DNA of 64,000 nt, taken from Candidatus Woesearchaeota archaeon. Lineage in GTDB: Archaea; Nanobdellota; Nanobdellia; Woesearchaeales; UBA10216. This document shows positions 56,845-64,000 of this stretch, piece by piece. Both the position numbers and the translations under genes were made by a program. Position 1 is the first letter of the stretch; every line of letters begins with the position of its first letter. The notes under the pieces are model-generated. The model was not told the origin of the DNA, made no database searches, and worked only from the letters and a program-made list of their open reading frames with translations. Where the stretch lies: NCBI GenBank assembly GCA_016188155.1, contig JACPIH010000002.1:68655-132654 (forward strand). Direction: 5' to 3'.

Positions 56845-57324
56845 ATGGATTGTGACATGTGCGGGAGGGAGCAGGCCACCCTTAAGGCAGCTGTGGAAGG
56901 CAGCGTGCTGAGCCTGTGCGACGGCTGCAGCAAATTTGGGAAGGTTGTTGGCAGGGTGGCTACAGCTGCGGCTGCTGCTAAGAAAAAAGAGGGGAAAACT
57001 GCGGCTATTGCCGAAGACGATACCGAACTCATTGTTGCCAACTTTGGCCAGCTCCTAAAGCAGAAGAGGGAAGAGCTTGGCAGGAAGCAGGAAGACGGGT
57101 TCATGAAACTGGAGGACTTTGCCAAGATGATTAACGTGAAGGAGTCTGTGCTTCACAAGATGGAAACCGGGGCTTTAAAGCCGAGCGTTGAGGAAGCGAA
57201 AAGGATAGGGAAGGCCCTGGGAATAAAGCTTGTGGAAAAAGCTGAGGCTGTGGAAGATATAGTGCCGCAGCCGAAAAAGGACCAGCTCACGCTGGGAGAT
57301 TTGATAAAGATTAAGAAGAAGTAG
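56845..57324 (+). CDS. mbf1: MBF1-type transcription cofactor (N-terminal Zn-ribbon plus C-terminal HTH_XRE)
   Basis: CDMCGRE…CDGC zinc ribbon; …DFAKMINVKESVLHKMETGALKPSVEEAKRIGKALGIKL HTH cro/C1-type. Confidence 0.65.
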   Translation: MDCDMCGREQATLKAAVEGSVLSLCDGCSKFGKVVGRVATAAAAAKKKEGKTAAIAEDDTELIVANFGQLLKQKREELGRKQEDGFMKLEDFAKMINVKESVLHKMETGALKPSVEEAKRIGKALGIKLVEKAEAVEDIVPQPKKDQLTLGDLIKIKKK

Positions 57325-58864
57325 CCTGGCTGTTAAAAGACTCGTTAACAAAGAGGTAGTAGCTTATCCCGCCTTCATATGTCTCGTTGAACAGCAGCTT
57401 ATACGAGGAGTTTATGGTCGTGAACAACTCTTCCTTATCAGAATAGCATTCCAAATCGCCGTAAGGGCAAAAGAAATTCTCAGGCGAATAAATCACTGCC
57501 TCAAATGGCTTATTCCTCTCCCAATCGTTTGATGGCTTTGGCTCTTTCGGGATGCCTATTGAAGAGTCATAGTAGTGGAAGAAGCGGTTGTCATTGTAAG
57601 CTGCAAAAACAGGATCAGATGTGAGTACCGGACCCGAGATTCCAAACCTGGAGAGAGAGCCGTAAAGCCCGTCAGCTGCGGCTTTGCCGGAATCGCTGTT
57701 CCACAGGTAAAAATGGTAATCCACAAATGCGGCAACAGCAAATGACAGAAGCAGCAGGGAAAAGGCAGCAACCAGTGCAAACCGGCAGGCTAACCGGTAA
57801 GCCGTTGCTGAGCGTGATGCGGCAATGAAACCGAAAAGGTAATTCGCAGACTCGAAAAAAGCAGCCGCTGCAAAAATGCATATTACGGGCAGGAAAATAA
57901 GCAGGAAGCGCTCATCCTTGTTTGGAATATAGGAGAAGTGAATGAGAAAGACTGCAAGAACCGTGCCAAGCAGCAGCTTCCTGCTGTCGGCGAACCACCT
58001 GTTCTTCCAAAAGAAAAATGCCGCAACAAGGGCAAACACAAAGGCAAAATGCTGCCTGAATGCCTGAATGAGGTAAAAGGCATAGTTGGAAACCAGCCCT
58101 TCTATTGCCTTTGCAGGGTTAAACTGGTGCCAGGAGGCAAGCACGAAAGGGCGGAAAGCTGCAGCAAGGTAGCTGGTTGCGTATTGCCTGTAAGAAAGCC
58201 AGTTGGCAAAAAGAAAAGGAAAAACGGGAATGGCGAATGACGCGGCAACCTTAAGCAACGGCTTGATTAAGGATGCCAAGGACACAAAGTTTCCTTTCCT
58301 GGATTTCTCTGCAAGGTAATGAATCACCATTGTTGCCGCTATCGCCGCAAGAATGAGGCCGCTTGTAAACTTGAAAAGCAAGGCAATGGCTGCTGCCACG
58401 CCACAAAGGAAGTATCTCCTGCTAATGAAAAAATAAATTGAGGCCAGCACAAAAAAAGCCGAGGGAATGTCTGAAAGAGCAAAAGAGGAGTAGCGAAAAA
58501 ACACCGGTGCTGAAGCCAGAAGCGCTGCCGAAAGTAAAGCAGCCCCTTTCCCAAAAACCTTGTTCGCAATGGCGAAAGTCAGCAGGATGCTGCCAATGCC
58601 AAACAAAACCGAAATGACCTTGGAAAAAAGCACAAAAGGAAGCCCAGCCTTCCAGACCCAGCCAATAAGCAAAGGAAGCCCTGGAGGCCTTATCATCTCC
58701 CACAAGCCTGAACCACCAAGGGAGTAAAGGTACTTGCCAATGCCAAGATAGACTGCCTCATCCCAGAAAAGCTGCCGCTGGCCCAATATAAAAGGCAGCT
58801 GAAGCAGCGCAAACAATATTGCAATTGCAAATAGCATCTTATGATGAATTGAGGGCTTCAGCAT
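57311..58864 (-). CDS. GT-C fold membrane glycosyltransferase, ArnT/PMT-like (GT39/GT83 family)
   Basis: LFWDEAVYLGIGKYL… motif near first loop (DE motif), SAFFVLASIYFF; about 12 TM helices. Confidence 0.7.
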   Translation of the reverse strand: MLKPSIHHKMLFAIAILFALLQLPFILGQRQLFWDEAVYLGIGKYLYSLGGSGLWEMIRPPGLPLLIGWVWKAGLPFVLFSKVISVLFGIGSILLTFAIANKVFGKGAALLSAALLASAPVFFRYSSFALSDIPSAFFVLASIYFFISRRYFLCGVAAAIALLFKFTSGLILAAIAATMVIHYLAEKSRKGNFVSLASLIKPLLKVAASFAIPVFPFLFANWLSYRQYATSYLAAAFRPFVLASWHQFNPAKAIEGLVSNYAFYLIQAFRQHFAFVFALVAAFFFWKNRWFADSRKLLLGTVLAVFLIHFSYIPNKDERFLLIFLPVICIFAAAAFFESANYLFGFIAASRSATAYRLACRFALVAAFSLLLLSFAVAAFVDYHFYLWNSDSGKAAADGLYGSLSRFGISGPVLTSDPVFAAYNDNRFFHYYDSSIGIPKEPKPSNDWERNKPFEAVIYSPENFFCPYGDLECYSDKEELFTTINSSYKLLFNETYEGGISYYLFVNESFNSQATSS

Positions 58865-58881
58865 ATCCTGTCAACACCATT

Positions 58882-59226
58882 TCACAGAAGCCTGTAACGC
58901 TTCATGACCAAAAAGAGCAACAGCAGCATTGTAGTCGGCACGAAAATGATTGCATTAGCCAGCAGCGTTTTGGAAACATGCAATACGTTGCTTAGCAAGT
59001 TAATAATGCCAAAGTAGTAGGGAACCAAGCCAAGGACAATCCCGCTTAGGGCAAAAAACCTGCCTGGGCGTTTACCATTTGCATCCCTGATGTCCATCAA
59101 TGCCTTAAAGCCAAAATAGACTGCCCCAAGGCAGATGAAATAATTAAGCAAAGGCATCCAGAAGGATAAGGAGAGGATAAAAGAAAGAACTGCAGTGCCG
59201 CTCCTGGATTTTTGGCCATCAGGCAT
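58882..59226 (-). CDS. small membrane protein
   Basis: 114 aa, 3 hydrophobic helices; immediately downstream of GT2 synthases. Confidence 0.4.
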   Translation of the reverse strand: MPDGQKSRSGTAVLSFILSLSFWMPLLNYFICLGAVYFGFKALMDIRDANGKRPGRFFALSGIVLGLVPYYFGIINLLSNVLHVSKTLLANAIIFVPTTMLLLLFLVMKRYRLL

Positions 59227-59261
59227 TTAACACACCCAACACACATGCCATGCTAACCATG

Positions 59262-60623
59262 CTAATTGCGGCTGTTGCCCTGCTTGTTAAGCAAAAACCA
59301 CTCCATCGGCTTCCCTGCCAAAACCTTGAAGATTCCAACATTAACATAGTAAGTGACGATGAGCCCGTAGCTGACTGACGAAACCAGCATCTGGCCAATC
59401 TTTCTCGCGTTGCCGCTTTTCACCATGGCATACACGCCAGTAAGGAGCAAACCACTAGTCACAAGGATATTCCGCCCTGTCTCAAAAAAGAACCTTGCAA
59501 AGTCCACAGGCTCAGGTTTGTGTGTGATAATGCTGGCAACGCCCAGCAGAAGAACTGCAAGAAGAGCCAAACTGAAAAGATAACCGGAAAAAACGTAGCC
59601 AAGCAGGAACTTGTCCTCTGCAGTAAGCTTTTTGCTTGAGACAAGGTCCTTTAAGTGGACTTTCACTGCAGAAATAACTCCGTAAGCCCAGCGCATCTGC
59701 TGCCTGTATAAATCCCGGGGCCTGAAAGGCACCTCGCTGGCACACTCAAGCTCAGACAGGTACTGTATCCTGTGGCCGTTTTTCAAAAGGCGAAGGGTGT
59801 ACTCAATATCCTCGGTAAGGCTGCCATGCTGCCAGCCTCCCATACCCTCAAGCACGCTCTTCCTGACAGCCTCAGCTGAGCCGCAAAGGATGGACAATCT
59901 TCTCCTCTTGTTGAAAAAAGGAAGGGCAACGTGATGGACAGAAGCCACAATTGCAGCGCCAAGCACAGAAACCATGTTCTGCTCTGCATTGAAAAACTTC
60001 CAGCGCGCCTGCACTCCGGCTATATTTTGGTCGTGAACCATTGGAGCGATGATGCGCCTGAGGAAATCAGGCTTGGGGATGAAATCAGAGTCAAACAGCA
60101 CAAGAAACTCGCCCTTTGAATGGGGAAGCATGTTGTTAAGGTTGCCAGCCTTATAACCTGAGTTGCTTTGCCTTTTCAGGACCTTAACCATTGCACTGTT
60201 CTCAGCAGCAAAAGCTGCTATCCTGCCTGAAAAAACAGGATTATCACTGTCATCGCCTATCAGAATCTCATACTTGTCCTTGGGGTAATCAAAAGCCAGG
60301 CAATGCTCAGCGCACCTTAGGGCGGCAAGCTCGTTCCTTGTAGGAATCTGCACTGTAACAAGGGGAAGCTCAGAACCAGAAAGTGGCTTCTCAAGATAAG
60401 GCTCCTTTTTCCTGAACATAACATATAAGGTGGCGATTATGTAGACTAAAGAAACAAGGCTTAGAAGGAACAGCGCTGCATAGAAGAGATTCTGGAAGAT
60501 TACGTGCATAAAGTCAAGGAAGGGCCTGCCAAGCTCATTGTACTTCTGGAAGAAAAAATCGCCTTTCTCAGCCAAACCGTTCACTAGTGCTTGCGGTACA
60601 ATGCTCATGCCCATTTTGGTCAC
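59262..60623 (-). CDS. membrane-embedded processive GT2 glycosyltransferase (cellulose/chitin/hyaluronan-synthase-like)
   Basis: N- and C-terminal TM segments; DDS/DSD motifs; Q-x-x-R-W (YRQQMRWAYG). Confidence 0.7.
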   Translation of the reverse strand: MTKMGMSIVPQALVNGLAEKGDFFFQKYNELGRPFLDFMHVIFQNLFYAALFLLSLVSLVYIIATLYVMFRKKEPYLEKPLSGSELPLVTVQIPTRNELAALRCAEHCLAFDYPKDKYEILIGDDSDNPVFSGRIAAFAAENSAMVKVLKRQSNSGYKAGNLNNMLPHSKGEFLVLFDSDFIPKPDFLRRIIAPMVHDQNIAGVQARWKFFNAEQNMVSVLGAAIVASVHHVALPFFNKRRRLSILCGSAEAVRKSVLEGMGGWQHGSLTEDIEYTLRLLKNGHRIQYLSELECASEVPFRPRDLYRQQMRWAYGVISAVKVHLKDLVSSKKLTAEDKFLLGYVFSGYLFSLALLAVLLLGVASIITHKPEPVDFARFFFETGRNILVTSGLLLTGVYAMVKSGNARKIGQMLVSSVSYGLIVTYYVNVGIFKVLAGKPMEWFLLNKQGNSRN

Positions 60624-61864
60624 TACTTAATGAAAAACCTTGTTCGTAAGCTTCTGAAACGCAGCAAACTTATAAATGTTACCAAATTGATGACTATGGT
60701 GTAAGGGAAATAAAAGAACAGGGCAAAAAGGTTCCTAATGTGCAACTTATCCTTAAAAAGCCTTATACTGGAAAGGATCATGAAGGCGCTGATAAGCCCG
60801 CCCAGAACTCCAAAGAAGCTGTAATAAGAAAGGCCCCACTGCGGAACCTTGTAAACAACATAAGTAGGCCCGGCAAGGCTGAACCACCTGAAAAGGTAGC
60901 CGAAAACGCTTGCGATGCTTTGGGAGTTGTAGGGCAGCCAGTAAAAAACCTGATATATGATCAGGGGAAGGGAGACGAAGGAATAGAAAGACCACCAGAA
61001 CTGGTTAATGTAAAGGAAAAGGACTGAAGGGGAGGACTTAAGCGAGAAAAGCTGCCTGTTCCTGACAAGTGCCTGCAAAGTGCCAAGCCACCACCTGCTC
61101 CTCTGGCTGTAAAAGCCCAAGATAGTATCGGGCACAATGGTGAATGAAACAGCATCCTTAACGCTATAAGTCCTGTAGCCCTCTTTTCTAAGCTCAAGGA
61201 CAATATCCATGTCCTCGGCAAGGGTGTGAGGCTTAAAATAGCCAACCTTGGCAAGGGCTGCCTTGCGGTAACAGGCCAAAGCGCCAAAAAACCAGATGCC
61301 GTTGTTGAACACAACGGAAAAGCTGTTCTTAATCAGGTTATTATAGTGGTACTCGATGTTCTGAAACATGCCAAGAAGCGATGAGCGGTTTTTCACCTTG
61401 CACATTCCGGTAACAGCGCCAATGTACTGGTCAGTAAGGGGCTTAATAAGATGCCTGATGCATTCCTTCTCCAAAAAAGTATCGGCATCAATTGTAAGCA
61501 CAAAGCCATGCCTTGCGGCCTTTGCCCCGACAGTAAGGGCAACTGCTTTCCCGCTGTGCGGCGCCGAAACGCACTTCACAGACTTGTATGATTTGGCAAT
61601 TTTCACTGTGGAATCTGTTGAGCCGTCATCAACAACAATGACCTCAATCTTGTCCGGAGCATAGTCGCTGGCGAAAACAGAATCAAGGCATGCCGCAATG
61701 TTCTTTTCCTCATTAAAAGCAGGGATAACAACGCTAATGCCGGGCTCAAAATCAGGAAAACTCCTCCTGACAAACAAGGAAACAGCGTAAACTACAAAAA
61801 CGAACATAAGGAAAACGAACAAAACAAAAAACATCACTCCGCCAGCAACCATTACAACATCCAT
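60623..61864 (-). CDS. membrane-embedded processive GT2 glycosyltransferase (second synthase-type)
   Basis: ISVVIPAFNEEKNI…VVDDGSTD…; Q-x-x-R-W (SQRSRWWLG); multiple TM helices. Confidence 0.7.
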   Translation of the reverse strand: MDVVMVAGGVMFFVLFVFLMFVFVVYAVSLFVRRSFPDFEPGISVVIPAFNEEKNIAACLDSVFASDYAPDKIEVIVVDDGSTDSTVKIAKSYKSVKCVSAPHSGKAVALTVGAKAARHGFVLTIDADTFLEKECIRHLIKPLTDQYIGAVTGMCKVKNRSSLLGMFQNIEYHYNNLIKNSFSVVFNNGIWFFGALACYRKAALAKVGYFKPHTLAEDMDIVLELRKEGYRTYSVKDAVSFTIVPDTILGFYSQRSRWWLGTLQALVRNRQLFSLKSSPSVLFLYINQFWWSFYSFVSLPLIIYQVFYWLPYNSQSIASVFGYLFRWFSLAGPTYVVYKVPQWGLSYYSFFGVLGGLISAFMILSSIRLFKDKLHIRNLFALFFYFPYTIVINLVTFISLLRFRSLRTRFFIK

Positions 61865-61914
61865 GCACTCTTTAAGCGCTGGGGGCTACTTAAACTTTTG
61901 CATGAACACGGGAC

Positions 61915-62880
61915 TCACCTGGAAAAGGACACCAGCTCAAGCTCTTGGCTGCCAAGCCAGAATTTCCTGAGCACTTTTGGCTTGAACTTGTAATTTGAAG
62001 CTGCAGCGGCAACATTATTCCAGCCTTTCTTAAGCAGCAGCACCACCTCACCACTGTCTTTGAGGAAGAGATCAGCCTGGTAGAAAAAATTCTTGTACAT
62101 TTTCTGCAGCTTTTCATTTTCAGCAACTGCAAAATCGTCATTGCCACCCCTGAATTGCGGAGGGTAGCTCACAACCAAATCAACAGACTGCTCATCAAGC
62201 TTTGCATCAAGCCACTCAATGTCCAGGCGGCTGAACCTTATGAGCTTGTTGACCCCTGCTATTTTGGCGTTTTTCTCTGCAAAGCGCACGTTCTGCATTG
62301 ACTGCGAAGATGAAAGTATTTGCGGTTTTGCTCCTTTAATCCTCCTTTTCGCGGCAGCTGCGGCTTCTTTTTCTGCTGTGGCAAAAAAATCGCTAAAATC
62401 GGATTTTGAAAATGGTTGCTGCTTAGAAAAAGCCGAAGCCAAAGAATCCTTCCGGTAATGGTTGACCGGAAATCCTGAGCTGAAAAGGGCTGCTTCAATT
62501 ACGATTGCCCCAGAACGGGTGAAAGGGTCAAAAAGGAATTCCCTGCCGGTGTAGCCAGAGGCTCTCAACATAAGGTAGGAAAGGCTTCCGCTGATTCCGC
62601 CATTGTCGCCAAAGACTTCGTATTCCCTTTTACTCATTTCAAACGGGTTAATAGGGGCTTTTTGCGGCAAAAGAAAAACAGAATTCGAAGACTGCGACAA
62701 GTAGCAGAGCTTGCACAAGTCAAGCGGGTTCCGGGCTCGGAACTTAACAATGCCTGCTTCAGCTGTTGTTGCTTTTGCGCCGATAAGCTCACTGACCTCT
62801 AAAGCCGCGATGTCCTCAAAGCCAGGATAAGTTACAACTGCAGCTTCAAGCTGGGGCTTCGCTGCCACCATTGCCACCAC
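61915..62880 (-). CDS. THUMP-domain class I SAM-dependent RNA methyltransferase (tRNA m2G Trm14/TrmN-like)
   Basis: N-terminal THUMP-like region; LFDPFTRSGAIVIEAAL; VSYPPQF (N/D/S-PP-Y/F-like) motif. Confidence 0.6.
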   Translation of the reverse strand: MVAMVAAKPQLEAAVVTYPGFEDIAALEVSELIGAKATTAEAGIVKFRARNPLDLCKLCYLSQSSNSVFLLPQKAPINPFEMSKREYEVFGDNGGISGSLSYLMLRASGYTGREFLFDPFTRSGAIVIEAALFSSGFPVNHYRKDSLASAFSKQQPFSKSDFSDFFATAEKEAAAAAKRRIKGAKPQILSSSQSMQNVRFAEKNAKIAGVNKLIRFSRLDIEWLDAKLDEQSVDLVVSYPPQFRGGNDDFAVAENEKLQKMYKNFFYQADLFLKDSGEVVLLLKKGWNNVAAAASNYKFKPKVLRKFWLGSQELELVSFSR

Positions 62881-64000
62881 CGTTAGTGCTGTCCCGGGGA
62901 ACCTTGGCTATTGACACAACCTCATCACCAGCGTCAAGCCTCATAAGCCTTACTCCTTGCGTGTTCCTGCTTATTATGGAGATGTCCTTTGCTGCCATGC
63001 GTATTATGTTTCCCTTGCTGCTGACAACTATCATGTCATCATTATCGGTTGCCGAAGCGATTGCAGCCACAGGGCCATTTCGGTCATTAGCCTGGATGTT
63101 TATGACGCCAGAGCCTCCCCTGGAGATAAGCCTGTAGTCGCTTACCGGGCTGCGCTTTCCATAGCCATTGGCGGTTATTGTGAAAAGTGCCTCCTGCTCG
63201 TTAGCAACGACCATGCCAACAACGGCATCTTTCTCCCTGAGCCTAATTGCCCTAACGCCCTTGGCAGACCTTCCAACAGCTCTGACGTCCTGCTCGTTAA
63301 ACCTGACTGCCAAGCCATTCTTGGTAGCAACGATGAGCTGCTGGTTCCCTGATGTCAAGGCAACAGTGATAAGCTCATCATTATCCTCAAGGGTAATGCC
63401 TATAATGCCGCCCCTCCTCGGATTGGAGTACTCTGAAAGCCCGGTCTTTTTTATGGTGCCGCCCCTTGTAACCATAACGAGGTTGCCAGCGAATTCATTA
63501 ACTGGAATGAATGCGTTAATCTTCTCGTTATCGCGGAGATGCAGCAGGTTAACAATTGCCTTTCCGGAAGCATACCTTGATGCCTCAGGAACCCCATAAA
63601 CCTTCAGCCAGTGAACAATGCCAAGGTTTGTAAAGAAAAGAAGGTAGGAATGCGTGTTGGCAACAAATATGCTTTCAACAAAGTCCCCTTCCCTGGTTGT
63701 TGCAGCAATAACGCCCTTACCCCCCCTTCTCTGCTGCCTGTACGCATCAACTGATATGCGCTTGATATAACCGGCATGGGTTACTGTGACAACAACATCT
63801 TCGGGCTTTATTGTGTCCTCGGCAACAAACTCCTCGCCAGACTCAACAATCTCTGTCCTCCTGCCGTCGCCAAACTTCTGTGAAATCTCGGAGATTTCTG
63901 AAATTATAATCTTAGACACCCTGGACTCTGAAGCCAGGATGCCCCGGTAATCGGCAATGTCCTTAAGCAGCCCAGCATGCTCATCCCTGATGCCCTGCTG
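62846..64000 (-). CDS. gyrA: DNA gyrase subunit A, C-terminal portion (N-terminal part lies beyond window end)
   Basis: Repeated GyrA-CTD beta-pinwheel blades (…GGKGV…, …RGGIIGI…, …SAKGVRAI…, …GGSGVINI…, …NTQGVRLM…); acidic/Gly-rich tail; frame open to position 64000. Confidence 0.8.
   Translation of the reverse strand, partial: QQGIRDEHAGLLKDIADYRGILASESRVSKIIISEISEISQKFGDGRRTEIVESGEEFVAEDTIKPEDVVVTVTHAGYIKRISVDAYRQQRRGGKGVIAATTREGDFVESIFVANTHSYLLFFTNLGIVHWLKVYGVPEASRYASGKAIVNLLHLRDNEKINAFIPVNEFAGNLVMVTRGGTIKKTGLSEYSNPRRGGIIGITLEDNDELITVALTSGNQQLIVATKNGLAVRFNEQDVRAVGRSAKGVRAIRLREKDAVVGMVVANEQEALFTITANGYGKRSPVSDYRLISRGGSGVINIQANDRNGPVAAIASATDNDDMIVVSSKGNIIRMAAKDISIISRNTQGVRLMRLDAGDEVVSIAKVPRDSTNGGGNGGSEAPA

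Noticed and set aside
56235-57125. 296-aa minus-strand ORF
   Set aside because: Low-complexity Ser/Ala/Leu-rich translation. It is fully overlapped by two plus-strand ORFs with recognisable features (Cys-rich signal-peptide protein and MBF1), so it is most likely an antisense artefact.

Overview
This 64-kb window is mostly one large cell-surface glycan/glycoprotein island (about 1 to 51.6 kb and 57.3 to 61.9 kb), with a short stretch of informational genes at the 3' end. The organism looks archaeal rather than bacterial. Supporting signals are an MBF1 protein with an N-terminal Zn-ribbon, a Fap7/AK6-type kinase, a Trm14-like THUMP tRNA methyltransferase, a stand-alone 5S rRNA, AT-rich TATA boxes about 25 to 29 nt upstream of start codons (leaderless style), and secreted proteins dense in N-X-S/T sequons.

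The island contains:
- many extended-SDR epimerase/dehydratases and an RmlA/RmlB pair;
- a Gmd/Rmd pair for GDP-6-deoxyhexose;
- Ugd plus a UXS/ArnA-like decarboxylase and two tandem DegT aminotransferases;
- GT2 (Dpm1-like), GT4 and two processive QxxRW GT2 synthases;
- two ArnT/PMT-like GT-C membrane transferases;
- a Wzx-like flippase, a paired SMR/EamA-like ArnE/F-like couple, and several HAD phosphatases;
- a HIT hydrolase, an ATP-grasp enzyme, and a radical-SAM/SPASM protein;
- an acetolactate-synthase-like TPP enzyme and an E1 alpha/beta TPP pair;
- a bacterial-type heptose nucleotide-sugar pathway in an unusual domain arrangement: GmhA-like isomerase, stand-alone RfaE-domain-I-like PfkB kinase, and a fused RfaE-domain-II-like nucleotidyltransferase plus GmhB-like phosphatase.

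Embedded in the island is a visibly AT-richer segment (about 3.3 to 12.6 kb) encoding giant CARDB-type secreted proteins. One of them ends in a Ser-Asp-His alpha/beta-hydrolase-like module that is repeated downstream as start-codon-bearing orphan cassettes. Each cassette is translationally coupled to a small polytopic membrane protein. This architecture resembles a polymorphic-toxin/immunity or cassette-variation locus and is the most unusual thing in the window. A truncated DegT gene fragment marks the island boundary.

Other oddities:
- an RHH DNA-binding domain fused to a degenerate sugar-nucleotidyltransferase domain, divergent from ugd;
- a 34-codon hydrophobic micro-ORF in frame with and separated by one TGA from an ArnT-like GT-C gene, with a TATA box placed for a leaderless start at the micro-ORF ATG;
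- a single-domain DapF-fold protein with the catalytic Cys replaced;
- a duplicated roughly 44-bp palindrome-containing element;
- mosaic perfect-identity tracts among the paralogous cassettes, suggesting gene conversion.

The window ends in the C-terminal part of gyrA (minus strand, gene continues off-window). No CRISPR array, tRNA or transposase was recognised.
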